The position numbers were made by a program, and so were the translations under genes. Shown piece by piece: positions 62,546 through 64,000 of a stretch of DNA of 64,000 nucleotides (position 1 is its first letter; every line of letters starts with the position of its first letter). The DNA lies in NCBI GenBank assembly GCA_030141605.1, contig JAQGDQ010000026.1, positions 372,001 through 436,000 of the forward strand, given 5' to 3'. This DNA is from Tubiluchus corallicola (Eukaryota; Animalia; Priapulida). Under the pieces are notes generated by a model. It was not told where the DNA came from. It ran no database searches and was given only the letters and a program-made list of their open reading frames with translations.

Positions 62546-64000
62546 ACTTTAATCGATTCACACATTTTTGTCATTAATTTTTGCAGTAGTGGTGAAAAAC
62601 TGAAAAAGACAGCTTATTGGCTAATTATGAAATTACAAAAGCTGTACATTGTATCTAGCTGTTGTCATTATTGGTTAGAAAGACAATAATTAGCTACAGG
62701 AAATTTAACAAGAAAATTGCAGTGGGACTCATTGTAACTATGTTTTGCAGTTAATTAAAATGCTAGTAATCTTTTAATGGCATTATAATCATTTAATGAT
62801 CTTTAACCTTGAAAAACGTTCTACTTTTTATGTAACTACGACACTGGATAACAGTAAAGTGGCATTAAAAATGCACTAGCCAGTATTATACTACTAGTTG
62901 CCGTTTGACTTCTGAAAATAATTTTAAATTTAAACATTTAATTTCCTTAATGTACCAAGAATTGTGCTTGCAGTATCTTGAACACTGTCCTTATGTAATT
63001 ATTTGTCGTTAGAGTTATTTGCGTGGCGCCAATTTTGTCGCAGTTTGCAGTGTTTTCAGTAAATATAATATGATGTATTTTGTCTAGCAATCAGTCTTTG
63101 AGCTTAATGTGCTGTACATTAGACGCTTTTACGTTTTACTGAAAGCAATTGAGCAGCAATCTGGCTCTCTATTTCTCAAATTCCCATAAATTTTACTGCC
63201 GTGTCGTCTACTAAGCTAGTAATCTCTCTTTGTTGACTATTTTTGTTTTCTAGAAAGAGAAATTTGTACCATTCTAATGGTGATTAATCAGTAAAAGGAT
63301 TTTGATGGAAAATCTGAAAGCTCACGAAAAAGTTGGTTTGGAGATGGCAACTTTACTTTTAATCTTAGTAATGCATTTTGGGAATAATACCTGCGAGGCT
63401 GGTTAACCCTTTTCACTTGACCCTGCATGACCTGCATCAATTTTGCATAGCAGCATACTAAGAATTGTTTCAGGCTGACTTACAACTGTTTCTAATGTTT
63501 TTTCCGAACAGTAGAATGTAACAATATTCGAGTACTATAATTTAAAAAGAAGGAAGAACTGGCTTGCTGTGGTTATCTAAAAGAAGGAAGAACTGACTGT
63601 TGTGTATATTTTTTCGACATGTTTATTTTTATACTAAGACACTACATAATAAATGAGATGATACTGCGATAACAGCCTACCTTTTTTATCGATATTATTA
63701 CTTAATGCAAAATATGATTGCACTTAAAAAGGTAGAGTCAGTAGCAGGCAGGTACGTAGCTTTGCAGACTTATTATAGAGACACGAGAATATCCGTAAAT
63801 TTGTTACAAAAACACATCGTCACTTTATGGACAGTGGACTACAAGAATTCATATAAACTTCTCATTATCATTGCCAAAATTTATTACCATTGTGCGTCAG
63901 ACCACTGATTAAATCAAAATGAAATAAACTCTGCCAAAGGTGACCTGTCCTACTTTTAATCTTTAGATTTTATGACAAAACTGAAAACAACAACACTATA

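Overview
AT-rich, intron-containing animal (invertebrate-like) genomic DNA, not prokaryotic. Gene models built by hand from GT-AG splice sites and phase consistency: a 4-exon CYP2-clan cytochrome P450 (+, 5841-10069); a 9-exon PPP1R32/SAXO4-like ciliary gene (+, 11776-19134) convergent with a 6-exon ODF3/SHIPPO-repeat gene (-, 20502-23137); a CEP85-family gene with an intronless CDS (+, 32062-33387) convergent with a 16-17-exon NDC1 gene (-, 33924-48724). The rest is mostly transposon debris (RTE, CR1/L2 LINEs, gag fragment, Tc1, hAT/pogo/piggyBac MITEs) and tandem repeats. The most striking observation is a 5'-truncated R2-clade retrotransposon (54601-56211, -) whose A-rich 3' end runs directly into about 32 nt of 18S rRNA sequence, although the locus is not rDNA. 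This points to an R8-like, 18S-targeting R2 lineage that carried its target flank to an ectopic site. Other leads: a non-canonical P450 I-helix, a decayed possibly viral ORF in an intron, a candidate 21-nt NDC1 microexon and a candidate orphan gene. All homology calls come from recalled motifs; no searches were run.
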